A DNA stretch of 64,000 nucleotides, taken from the NCBI GenBank assembly GCA_049297775.1, contig JBAQUX010000024.1, positions 9,162-73,161 on the forward strand. Direction: 5' to 3'. Every line of letters begins with the position of its first letter. Positions within the stretch are counted from its first letter, which is position 1. The notes under the pieces are model-generated. The model was not told where the DNA came from. It made no database searches and was given only the letters and a program-made list of their open reading frames with translations. Origin of the DNA: Minisyncoccia bacterium (GTDB lineage Bacteria > Patescibacteriota > Minisyncoccia > Phycocordibacterales > UBA2100). The position numbers and the translations under genes are program-made. Positions 1 through 8,350 of the stretch are shown one piece after another.

Positions 1-49
1 CAACAGTTCCGAGCACGTTTTCCCATAGACTTTTCTGTTCGCCCGTCAT
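1..49 (-). CDS. dnaA: dnaA N-terminus (partial, runs off window start)
   Basis: Reverse complement of bases 1-49 reads MTGEQKSLWENVLGTV, a typical DnaA N-terminal start; it lies divergent to rpmH-rnpA, the canonical origin neighbourhood. Confidence 0.4.
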   Translation of the reverse strand, partial: MTGEQKSLWENVLGTV

Positions 50-224
50 GTATCTAATTCATTCAGTTATATCTGGCTAATGACTTACAGTATACAGAGG
101 TCGATGGCACTCTGCATTCTTACGAAATATGTGCATTCTGTGCACAACATGGGGATAACGCTTTCTATGTATCCGAGGGGGTCCATATTTGATTTTACTT
201 GGTTTATGTGAGATAGTGCCGGCT
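50..224. promoter_or_regulatory. dnaA-rpmH intergenic region, putative oriC or divergent promoter region; DnaA-box-like 9-mer TGGGGATAA at 150-158
   Basis: Position between dnaA and rpmH; AT-rich; one 8/9 match to TGTGGATAA; no clear cluster of perfect boxes. Confidence 0.3.
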
Positions 225-359
225 ATGAAGCGAACATATCAACCTAAAAAGCGCAAGCGCGCACGAGCACATGGATTTCTTAAGCGTTCTGGTACTACAT
301 CAGGGGCAGCTCTTTTAAAGAGACGACGCAGAAAAGGACGCTCGAAGCTCTCAGCGTAG
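225..359 (+). CDS. rpmH: 50S ribosomal protein L34
   Basis: 44 aa [24 protein letters not shown]..., Arg/Lys-rich canonical L34, immediately upstream of rnpA; not in the ORF track because shorter than 60 aa. Confidence 0.9.
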   Translation: MKRTYQPKKRKRARAHGFLKRSGTTSGAALLKRRRRKGRSKLSA

Positions 360-362
360 TAC

Positions 363-689
363 ATGTTGCCTTCGCAGAATAGACTGCGCGCACATGACGT
401 AGCTTCACTTGGGAAGAAGGGTGCTTTTCTTAGAAATAAATATTTTACAGCTCGGTACATATCTGCGGCACGAATAGGTGTCGCAGTTGTTGTAAGTAAA
501 AAGGTATATAAAAAAGCAGTTGATAGAAACGCTCTACGCCGGAAGGTCTATACTGCATGCATTCCTCTGCTTCCTTCCCTGCCAGCCATACATATTGTTA
601 TATATCCCCATATAACAGTGAGTACACTCACCGTTATAGAAGTCACACAGTCGCTCAAGGAGCTACTCGTATCCGGGAAAGTGGCGTAG
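363..689 (+). CDS. rnpA: ribonuclease P protein component
   Basis: 108 aa basic protein, MLPSQNRL...start typical of RnpA; rpmH-rnpA-yidC synteny. Confidence 0.85.
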   Translation: MLPSQNRLRAHDVASLGKKGAFLRNKYFTARYISAARIGVAVVVSKKVYKKAVDRNALRRKVYTACIPLLPSLPAIHIVIYPHITVSTLTVIEVTQSLKELLVSGKVA

Positions 690-741
690 CTATTCGTACG
701 ACATCATTGCATAAATAGGTGCTTCTCTGTATCATTCGGCG

Positions 742-1458
742 ATGTACGCACTCTTCAACACAATAATTTACACACCACTCTATAATGGCCTTGTCGCACT
801 TTTGTCTTTTGTGCCAAATGGTGATGTAGGTATTGCACTTATTATTTTAACCATTGCCGTTAAATTAGCACTCTCACCACTCGCACAAAAGGGTTCACGT
901 ACTCAGAGGGTTATGAAAGAAATCCAGCCTCAAGTTGATGCAATCAGAAAAAATGAGACCGACCCACGCAAGCAAATGGCTGAATTACAGGCGCTGTATA
1001 AGAAGCACGAAGTAAATCCATTCTCAATGTTCTTGCTTATATTAATTCAGATACCTGTATTAATTGGTTTGTACGTTGTTTTTTCACATGGAGGGCTTCC
1101 CGCAATAGACTCTGCGTACTTGTACTCTTTTGTGCCTGTCCCCCCTACAGTGAGCATGATGTTTCTTGGATTTTTAGACATGACCGTGCGAAGTATCCCC
1201 CTCGCACTTGCTGTTGGTATCTCTCAATATTTTTATGCAGGAGTAATGCCAAACACAGAACCAACCGGCGAGAAAGGTTCGTTCTCACACGATTTCGGCA
1301 AAAGTATGCAAATGCAGATCAAATACGTATTCCCTTTTATAATAGGATTTGTGGCTTTCAGTATTTCCTCAGGAGTAGCATTGTACCTTTTGGTCAGTAA
1401 CCTATTCTCTATTATGCAAGAGTTGTACTTCAAGAATCTTCGCAGTAAAATAAAATAA
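742..1458 (+). CDS. yidC: membrane protein insertase YidC/Oxa1 (short form)
   Basis: 238 aa polytopic membrane protein downstream of rnpA; YidC-like amphipathic and TM segments. Confidence 0.85.
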   Translation: MYALFNTIIYTPLYNGLVALLSFVPNGDVGIALIILTIAVKLALSPLAQKGSRTQRVMKEIQPQVDAIRKNETDPRKQMAELQALYKKHEVNPFSMFLLILIQIPVLIGLYVVFSHGGLPAIDSAYLYSFVPVPPTVSMMFLGFLDMTVRSIPLALAVGISQYFYAGVMPNTEPTGEKGSFSHDFGKSMQMQIKYVFPFIIGFVAFSISSGVALYLLVSNLFSIMQELYFKNLRSKIK

Positions 1459-1460
1459 CT

Positions 1461-1907
1461 ATGGATACCGCACAGCGTACACTCCTTGAACTTATTGCTA
1501 CATTAGGAATTGCCCCAGTGGAACTTTCGGTGACAAATAGTGGCGAACAACACACACTTCAGCTCACCATAGAAAATGGTGGGTTATTGATTGGTGTGGA
1601 CGGTGAGCGTATGAAGGCGCTTGATATGCTGGTACGCATGATTGCAGAAAAGAAAGGTTGCACAGAAAAATTTCATATAGATGTAAACGGGTATCATAAG
1701 GAGCAAGTAATAAAAATTGAACAGACAGCAAAAATGCTTGCAGATAGAGCCCGTTCACTGAAATATGATGTTGAGATGTCTCCCATGAAGCCATACGAGC
1801 GCATGCTTGTGCATGCAGCGCTCACCAATGAGCCAGGCATAAAAACAGAATCTATTGGTTTAGGTAAAGAACGAAGAGTTGTAATAAAGTATATTCCTGA
1901 AGTATAG
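1461..1907 (+). CDS. jag: Jag/KhpB-like R3H-domain RNA-binding protein
   Basis: 148 aa; C-terminal R3H-like region (MLVHAALTNEPGIKTESIGLGKERRVVIK); conserved position after yidC. Confidence 0.8.
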   Translation: MDTAQRTLLELIATLGIAPVELSVTNSGEQHTLQLTIENGGLLIGVDGERMKALDMLVRMIAEKKGCTEKFHIDVNGYHKEQVIKIEQTAKMLADRARSLKYDVEMSPMKPYERMLVHAALTNEPGIKTESIGLGKERRVVIKYIPEV

Positions 1908-1917
1908 GAAAGTCATA

Positions 1918-1942
1918 ATAAAAGCCCTTCGGGGCTTTTATT
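1918..1942. terminator. bidirectional rho-independent terminator (aagccc-ttcg-gggctt flanked by A-run and T-run)
   Basis: Perfect 6 bp GC stem, with an A-tract upstream and a T-tract downstream; sits between convergent jag and the 136 aa gene. Confidence 0.6.
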
Positions 1943-2348
1943 GTTGGAGAGGGGTTGCGTTCGGGTTTGCCTGAATGGGCACCGGTTCTACCGAGAGCTT
2001 TAACATGTCTGGGTTTATTTGTTGGAAAATGATGTATGTAGAAAGCAGCATGAGAAGTCCAAGAACAGCGTTAGTCATGCGTCCTTTCGATTCGCCCATC
2101 TGTACGGCGCCAGATTCTGACATCATATAGACAAGTCCACCATAGACGAACTGACTCACTGCGACCACGCCACCGATTGAGATAGACATTTTAAAAATTG
2201 CATTCAAGAATGGTCCGATAGAGTCGTACTCTTCATAAATGTTCTGGCCATTAATAATGAGAGAGTCTCCAAGAAGTCCTTTAAATCCACCACCGGCCGC
2301 TTGGGCAAGTTGTGTTGTTGCATCAATGAGTGTATGTAGCTGTTCCAT
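1938..2348 (-). CDS. small membrane protein, possible VirB2/TrbC-like pilin (last gene of the T4SS-like cluster)
   Basis: 136 aa with two hydrophobic segments and a Gly-rich N-region; position at the end of the VirB4/VirB6 cluster; family assignment is inference. Confidence 0.5.
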   Translation of the reverse strand: MEQLHTLIDATTQLAQAAGGGFKGLLGDSLIINGQNIYEEYDSIGPFLNAIFKMSISIGGVVAVSQFVYGGLVYMMSESGAVQMGESKGRMTNAVLGLLMLLSTYIIFQQINPDMLKLSVEPVPIQANPNATPLQQ

Positions 2349-2351
2349 ATA

Positions 2352-3686
2352 TTATGCTTCATCAGCAAAGGTGAGCATCCACAGTGTACCGCTAGTCTTA
2401 TCAATAAAGAAGACCCTTTTCCCATCAAGTGAGGTGACCAGATGTGTTGCGTCGAGTCCGTTATCTGCAACGTTGGTCGTATTTATTATTTCCGTGACTG
2501 AGCCCGTCACTGTTTCGATAACACTGAATGTATCACTTAATGTTACTTCGCCTCGATACCATACATCAGGCATACCACTCGGCAATACTTTTGGGAATCC
2601 GCACACCAACTGTGTAGCCACAAGGTACACACATTTTTCTGGTATCGTCGGAGTTGATACGGTCCGTTCTGTGGAATCAGTAAAGTTTCTTATGCGTACT
2701 GTCTGCGCACTCGTGTCACTATTAGAGCCGATAATTGCACTGTTTGAAAATGATGAGTACATAAGTGTCAGCGCCCTAGTATCACCTATCAGTTTTTTTG
2801 TCACTCCAGTCTTAGTATCTATGCTATACGCGTATCCAGGAATTTTCGCTGATGCGTTTTGGGTTATCACGAGTATATTTTTTTGAGGCCAGTGTAATTG
2901 CCAGCCACTCAGCGGGTTCTTCCAAACTCGTTTTGGTTTACTTCCAGTGAAGTCGGATATGACAATTTGCGTTGTACCATCCTCAGTCGCAGTTGCATAC
3001 GCGATAGCGTCTCCCGAGACCGCAATATTTTTTATGTTTATAGGCAAATAACTTCCTATGCCAGTTTCAGCAAGAGATGCCGTCGTGTCTGCCGGCTGTT
3101 CTTTAAGTTCAGAGATTGGCGAACCGAGCGTTAGAATTGAGTCGTCTTCATCAAGGTAACGTAAAATTACCTGAGTGCCATCTGTGTTGAAATAGCTCTC
3201 GAATACTCCTGCTACAGTCGTATTTGTAACACGTGCTGATTTTTTTGTTGCGATGTCTATGTCGATAATGTTTCCTCTGGTGCGTTCAGTAAGGCGTACA
3301 GTTCCTGCCGTTCCGTCGTTTAATACAGTAAATCCAGCTACGGGAGCATCGTAAATCCTTTCAAGCATTGGTTTGGTATTCTTTTTTTCAGGTTCCGTTT
3401 TTGGTGTTGTGACAGGTGTATCTGTAGGTTTTTCAACTGGAGTTAGACCGGGCGTATCTCCATCTTTAGGAAGGGGTAACACCTCTTCGTTCGCTGATGA
3501 GCTCTTATCATTACTAAATGCCCCGCCGCTCCCGCCTGACGAGCCATCAAGTACCAATGGGTCAAATGTTTTGGTTTTTCTACTCTCCGCGTCTGTTTTT
3601 GTGAGGTATGCGTAAAATAATGCGAGACCGGTTGCGCCAACCAAGATGAGTAATGCAATAGTTATGTAGAGTGAGTTTTTGTTCAT
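2352..3686 (-). CDS. membrane-anchored secreted protein (N-terminal TM, Gly/Ser linker, Pro/Thr-rich spacer, beta-rich C-domain)
   Basis: 444 aa; N-terminal hydrophobic helix, SSGGSGGA linker, TP-rich tract; 4 bp overlap with upstream gene suggests operon. Confidence 0.6.
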   Translation of the reverse strand: MNKNSLYITIALLILVGATGLALFYAYLTKTDAESRKTKTFDPLVLDGSSGGSGGAFSNDKSSSANEEVLPLPKDGDTPGLTPVEKPTDTPVTTPKTEPEKKNTKPMLERIYDAPVAGFTVLNDGTAGTVRLTERTRGNIIDIDIATKKSARVTNTTVAGVFESYFNTDGTQVILRYLDEDDSILTLGSPISELKEQPADTTASLAETGIGSYLPINIKNIAVSGDAIAYATATEDGTTQIVISDFTGSKPKRVWKNPLSGWQLHWPQKNILVITQNASAKIPGYAYSIDTKTGVTKKLIGDTRALTLMYSSFSNSAIIGSNSDTSAQTVRIRNFTDSTERTVSTPTIPEKCVYLVATQLVCGFPKVLPSGMPDVWYRGEVTLSDTFSVIETVTGSVTEIINTTNVADNGLDATHLVTSLDGKRVFFIDKTSGTLWMLTFADEA

Positions 3687-4732
3687 ATGCCAAATAGCGA
3701 GCGCCCTTCTGAAATACCGACAGATTCTTGTGTGCTCCCCTCTTGTAGAATCTTATTTTTATTACTGATAGTCACACCTACTTTCGGGTTTCCGTTCGCG
3801 CCCGAAAGTACCGCTCGACCGCCCGCCCCGGGGACAATAGTCGCACCAAAGGCATTCCAAGTGTACTTTGTTGCTGATTCTGAGATACTACTTATGTCCA
3901 TGAAGTAAGGTAAGGCGCGTAGCGTGGTCTCCCGATCAATAATTTTTGCGTTCTTTACTGTAGTGTTAGTCCACAATCCAAGAAGTGCCTTTTGTTCATA
4001 AATGCCAACAGTCACCGGTGATGGTGTGATACGTACTCCAGCGCCGCCGATATATTCACCCTGGAGTGTTTTTACTTGCACATTGAGAAGTGTGGAATCT
4101 CCAAAAAGTGAAGTGTCGAGCGTGAGAGATGACTTACCAAAGCCAGATGAGCGCGGCAAATTTTTCCCATCCTGCGTCCAAGTATATACATAATCCGCGG
4201 GAGTTTTTTTGTCTTCAGCATGAGGTAGTGCTGTAACGCGTACTTTTCCTCCATCTGAATACAACGTGCGTCCTTTATACCCCGGAGGTACATATGAAAT
4301 ACCTTCCCAAAGTATATCTACATCAGATGCACGCACTATCTCCGTAATTTTTACACTGTATCCAGTTTGGTCTGTAACTGTGGCAGTTATTTCATGCTTG
4401 CGTACATCTTTTAGTGTAAATGATGTTGTGTCTACACCGATGCCCCTGTTTAAAACTGTGGTATCGAGTGTCCAGACGATAAGTGAGCTTTGTAAATCAA
4501 GTGCACTCGTGCGTAACGTTGCACTTATTTTTTCACCAACTCCCGCATATGTAGGGCTCATGCCAATGGATGCATCACTTACTACTGTTTCTGCAAACGA
4601 AAATTGCGTCATACACAATAGGACAGCAAAAAGATACATCAGGTGCCTCACTCTGTACACTGCTTGCTTACAACCGAAAAACATACCTATATTGTAGCAG
4701 GTGAAATGTGGTTGTGAGTAGGATTTCCTCAT
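3683..4732 (-). CDS. secreted beta-rich protein of unknown function
   Basis: 349 aa with N-terminal hydrophobic signal-like segment; lies in the cluster immediately downstream of VirB4. Confidence 0.6.
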   Translation of the reverse strand: MRKSYSQPHFTCYNIGMFFGCKQAVYRVRHLMYLFAVLLCMTQFSFAETVVSDASIGMSPTYAGVGEKISATLRTSALDLQSSLIVWTLDTTVLNRGIGVDTTSFTLKDVRKHEITATVTDQTGYSVKITEIVRASDVDILWEGISYVPPGYKGRTLYSDGGKVRVTALPHAEDKKTPADYVYTWTQDGKNLPRSSGFGKSSLTLDTSLFGDSTLLNVQVKTLQGEYIGGAGVRITPSPVTVGIYEQKALLGLWTNTTVKNAKIIDRETTLRALPYFMDISSISESATKYTWNAFGATIVPGAGGRAVLSGANGNPKVGVTISNKNKILQEGSTQESVGISEGRSLFGI

Positions 4733-4761
4733 CTAAATCAAGGTGTGAAATCGTTGGTACC

Positions 4762-6603
4762 TTAAATTTTCGACGATTCAGCGTCGGCTGACTCCGCGGA
4801 GCTTAAGTCTTGCTTGGCCTTTCGTATTGCCAAAATTTGTGATGGGTCAGAGGTAATAATCTGGTCTTCTGTGTATGAAGCAATTACTTTGATGGCAACG
4901 TGCTTAAGTCCAGCAAAGAATATGCCCTCACCAACATCTGATTCAAGTAGCAGATACTTTTCTTCATCTGAGAGCTTAAATGTCTCCTGCACCAGGTCAA
5001 CAGATGTTGGAGACTGTCGAAGTAAAATTTGAATCGATGAGTTAGTGAGCATGGCTTTGCCATATGGGGACTGCAAAAAGTCGCCTACGTCCTGTGTGAT
5101 AGTTGCTAAACCGAGATAATATTTACGTCCACGTTTTGCAATTCCGTACAAGAATGAAGCCGTGTCCTCAGATTTCATCATCCACCAGGCCTCATCGATA
5201 ATGAGCATGCGTTTGCGCAAGTCTTTGCGAACCATGTTCCAGATATGATGCGTGACTATATACATAGCAACCGGCTTCAGTTCGTCCTCCATATCACGCA
5301 CAGAAAAAACGGTGAGGCGTTTATTCATGTCTACGTTTGTCGGTTTGTTTATGAAGCCAGACCACGTACCGTGAGTGTACTTCGAAAGACGTTGGGTCAG
5401 TGACTCACTACCTTCCATGCCCGACAAGACAAGTTCAAAGTCTGAGAGGAGCGGTGGTTCAATGTTAGTAAAATCAGAATCTGCACTAATATCTTTAAGG
5501 GCATATGTTTCTGAAATTGCTTTATCAATCACTGCATCTTCTTCTGGGTTAAGGCCACCGAGCATAATACGGAATAGTCCGACAAGTGTAATGATGTTTC
5601 CTCTTAAAATATCTGCTGGGTTTTCGTCATCACGTGGTACTGGCAAATCGAATGGGTTGATATGGTGCTCTGATGAGAGTGTAATATTGAAATAGCGTCC
5701 ACCGGTTGTTTCTGCCAAGTATTCATATTCACGTTCAGGGTCGATTACGATTACGTCCGCGTCGAACATGAGTGAGCGAAGAATCTCGAGCTTGGTAAAA
5801 TATGATTTACCTGAACCAGACTTTGCAAAAAGTACAGAGTTGTAGTTTTCTAGAGAGAAGCGGTCGAAGAGTACGAGACTTGAGTTGTGACGGTTAATAC
5901 CGTAAAGAATTCCTCGGTCACTGGTGAGGTCGAAAGATACAAACGGAAACGTGCTTGAGAGTGGTTCAGAGTTAAGTTTTGAGTGTACGGCTATTTGATC
6001 ATCTGCTATGGGCATGACACTTTTAAAACCTTGCTCTTGTTGGAAGAGTGTCGGCTTAATATAGACTAGGCGGGCTTCGAGAATTGAACGTATCTCAGTC
6101 TCTGTTTTATCTAATTCATCAGTAGTTTCACCGTAAATGGTGATATACAGCCCTACTTCAAAGAGTTTTTCTTGAGCTTGCTGAAGTCTGTCACGGAGGT
6201 ATTCAAGGTCAGAATATGCGGTGTCGAGCTGTGGATCGCGCACCAAGCCCTTTTCTTCACGAATTTGGATTTGACTCTCTACTTCCGCAACGCGTCTTTG
6301 GAATTGTCTGAGAACCGTTGTTGTATCAATTGGGTGAATATGAATCGCGGCGTCAAACATCTTGTCCAAGTTGATAATTGGCGCGAACCAACCCGTCGTA
6401 AGAAAGCGTGGGTACGAAATAACGAAAAACGTACGAGCAATCTTGTCACCAATGTTCAGCTGCCGAGGTGTTATTTCAAGAGCAGAAGGTGCAAGTACGT
6501 CTTGTAGTTCCAGAACGCCGCGTGCGTAAATTTCTTGCGGAAGCACAGGCACCGCAGGGCGCTCATCAGTTTTTTGTTTTGAAAAAATATCGAATACTCC
6601 CAT
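4762..6603 (-). CDS. type IV secretion/conjugation ATPase, VirB4/TrbE/CagE family (ATPase domain)
   Basis: 613 aa; Walker A AKSGSGKS, Walker B-like IVIDEAWW, overall VirB4 C-terminal architecture. Confidence 0.85.
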   Translation of the reverse strand: MGVFDIFSKQKTDERPAVPVLPQEIYARGVLELQDVLAPSALEITPRQLNIGDKIARTFFVISYPRFLTTGWFAPIINLDKMFDAAIHIHPIDTTTVLRQFQRRVAEVESQIQIREEKGLVRDPQLDTAYSDLEYLRDRLQQAQEKLFEVGLYITIYGETTDELDKTETEIRSILEARLVYIKPTLFQQEQGFKSVMPIADDQIAVHSKLNSEPLSSTFPFVSFDLTSDRGILYGINRHNSSLVLFDRFSLENYNSVLFAKSGSGKSYFTKLEILRSLMFDADVIVIDPEREYEYLAETTGGRYFNITLSSEHHINPFDLPVPRDDENPADILRGNIITLVGLFRIMLGGLNPEEDAVIDKAISETYALKDISADSDFTNIEPPLLSDFELVLSGMEGSESLTQRLSKYTHGTWSGFINKPTNVDMNKRLTVFSVRDMEDELKPVAMYIVTHHIWNMVRKDLRKRMLIIDEAWWMMKSEDTASFLYGIAKRGRKYYLGLATITQDVGDFLQSPYGKAMLTNSSIQILLRQSPTSVDLVQETFKLSDEEKYLLLESDVGEGIFFAGLKHVAIKVIASYTEDQIITSDPSQILAIRKAKQDLSSAESADAESSKI

Positions 6604-6612
6604 AAATATCTA

Positions 6613-7278
6613 TTATTGTGAACCAGATTTAATTGGGTTGTCTTGCTCTCCAGGGTTGAAAATTCTGTAGAGTAATTCAATCGCTTCCTCTGTGCCTAAT
6701 TGTACTGTACGTACACCTGTTCGGACGAGGCCTTGCTGAACAATTCCCACACGTTGCTCAAGCTGAGAAAGACTTTCTTCAAAAGCTGTTTTTGAGCCAC
6801 TTACTTGTTCACTTGCGCGGCCTTTTTTCGCCCATGGCATGGGGAGGTTTGCGAGCGGTGAGTTTTCGAGGACTGCACCTGCAGGAAGGTACGGCACTAC
6901 TACAAAGAAGTGCTTGGTCATGATGTTAGCGGCCTCTGTAAAGCTCTTAATGAAGTTAATGTATTCCCGAATCTGAATCTTCATAAGTTCATCAAGTGTA
7001 TTTTTAAGTGCGTCTTCAAGTGAAGAAATATAGGGACGAATATCGAGTTTGCGGGATTGGATGAATATCTGTACGTGGAAATCTAATGAGTTGAGAAAGT
7101 TTTGGTATTGCATCAAGAATGCACTCTGCTCATCGTCAGATTTTAGGGCAAAGTTAAGTGATGAAGCCATAAGAATAGCCTTCATACTGCCATCATTTAA
7201 TATAATGACACCGTCACGGACCTCTTTCACTGGTACGAATTCTTGTGCGGGCGTTGCTGATTTAATATCTATTGCCAT
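6613..7278 (-). CDS. VirB4 N-terminal-domain-like protein (split from the ATPase ORF)
   Basis: 221 aa; VKEVRDGVIILNDGSMKAILMASSLNFALKSDDEQ pattern typical of VirB4/TraC N-termini; same frame as the downstream ATPase ORF, separated only by TAA TAG plus 6 nt. Confidence 0.55.
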   Translation of the reverse strand: MAIDIKSATPAQEFVPVKEVRDGVIILNDGSMKAILMASSLNFALKSDDEQSAFLMQYQNFLNSLDFHVQIFIQSRKLDIRPYISSLEDALKNTLDELMKIQIREYINFIKSFTEAANIMTKHFFVVVPYLPAGAVLENSPLANLPMPWAKKGRASEQVSGSKTAFEESLSQLEQRVGIVQQGLVRTGVRTVQLGTEEAIELLYRIFNPGEQDNPIKSGSQ

Positions 7279-7279
7279 A

Positions 7280-7726
7280 TTATCGTTGTTGCTTTTTTAT
7301 ACCCTTCCCTGCCTCGTCTACATATTCATTGATGTCCAAGCTCCAGGAAATTTGTCTGAGTTTACTATCTGAAAGTGAAGGAAGCTCATTCGCATTTTTA
7401 ATTTCGCGGCCATCATTTTGTTGCTCAGTGGTGACTTTTGGTGCGCGATGCTTCCACAAAAATAGTTTACCACGGATAGAATAATAGAATGCATGTTCGA
7501 GCACACTGAGAAACGGTTGGTCATTCACACGATAAAATGCGAGTGCCAAAGAAAATCCTGCAACCGGGAGCACTCCAATAAGTGCAATCGACTTCGGAAG
7601 TAACGCAAAAACAAAATATGAAAGTCCTGCTCCGCCACCCAAGAAAATGAACTGCTTGAACGTAAACGGACCAAATATCTTATCTTCTACGTCAGTAAAT
7701 TGTGGGACAGCAAACTGCATACGCAA
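7280..7726 (-). CDS. two-TM small membrane protein, VirB3/PrgI-like
   Basis: 148 aa with two adjacent hydrophobic helices, located directly upstream of the VirB4 ORFs as VirB3-type proteins are. Confidence 0.5.
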   Translation of the reverse strand: MRMQFAVPQFTDVEDKIFGPFTFKQFIFLGGGAGLSYFVFALLPKSIALIGVLPVAGFSLALAFYRVNDQPFLSVLEHAFYYSIRGKLFLWKHRAPKVTTEQQNDGREIKNANELPSLSDSKLRQISWSLDINEYVDEAGKGIKKQQR

Positions 7727-7769
7727 AGTATAGCAGGCGTATGCATGTCAATTATATTTCTATGCACAA

Positions 7770-8339
7770 CTATACGGGGAGTTCGCGGTACATGTCCTCT
7801 TTTACTGTGTGGCGCTCAGCAGTGGAATCTCCGGCGTTGTTACTTGTAGGTGCCGTGCCTGTCGTATCGACTTTTTTCTCAGCACGCTCCTGAATGATTT
7901 GGAATACTGTTTTCGAGTTTTGTACTTCAGCGCGAGCACCTGTAGGCAGTGACTCACCCATTTCTGCGAGCATTTTCTGTTGATCAACTGGAACAGTTAC
8001 AGTTCTTTCCGCGGCCCTGCTCGTTGCAACTTCTTGGAGTTGTAATCGTATTGGCTCAAAAATTATTTCAACTGCGTCGTTGTTTATGGCAATTGCCTCT
8101 TCCATCGAGATACCGAGCTCTTTTTGGATGCTCCCTACTAAGTTTTCCGGCGGCGTGATACCAAAAAGAGCAAAGGTTATTTCGTCTTCAAGTATTGACC
8201 ACTTATCTAGATGGAGCTTGTGTTTTTCTGCGAGTTTACGCATTTTTCCCGTGAGATCGGATGAGTTGATGGCGTCCTGTACAATCTTTGGTAGCGCATT
8301 AAATGCATCTTTATATATTTCTTCTGTGGTTTGTTCCAT
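7770..8339 (-). CDS. hypothetical soluble protein in the T4SS-like cluster
   Basis: 189 aa ORF, protein-like composition, same orientation and tight spacing. Confidence 0.55.
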   Translation of the reverse strand: MEQTTEEIYKDAFNALPKIVQDAINSSDLTGKMRKLAEKHKLHLDKWSILEDEITFALFGITPPENLVGSIQKELGISMEEAIAINNDAVEIIFEPIRLQLQEVATSRAAERTVTVPVDQQKMLAEMGESLPTGARAEVQNSKTVFQIIQERAEKKVDTTGTAPTSNNAGDSTAERHTVKEDMYRELPV

Positions 8340-8350
8340 AAGATTTTAAA

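Noticed and set aside
239-460. 73 aa minus-strand ORF
   Set aside because: It lies entirely antisense to rpmH and the start of rnpA, which have unmistakable conserved products.
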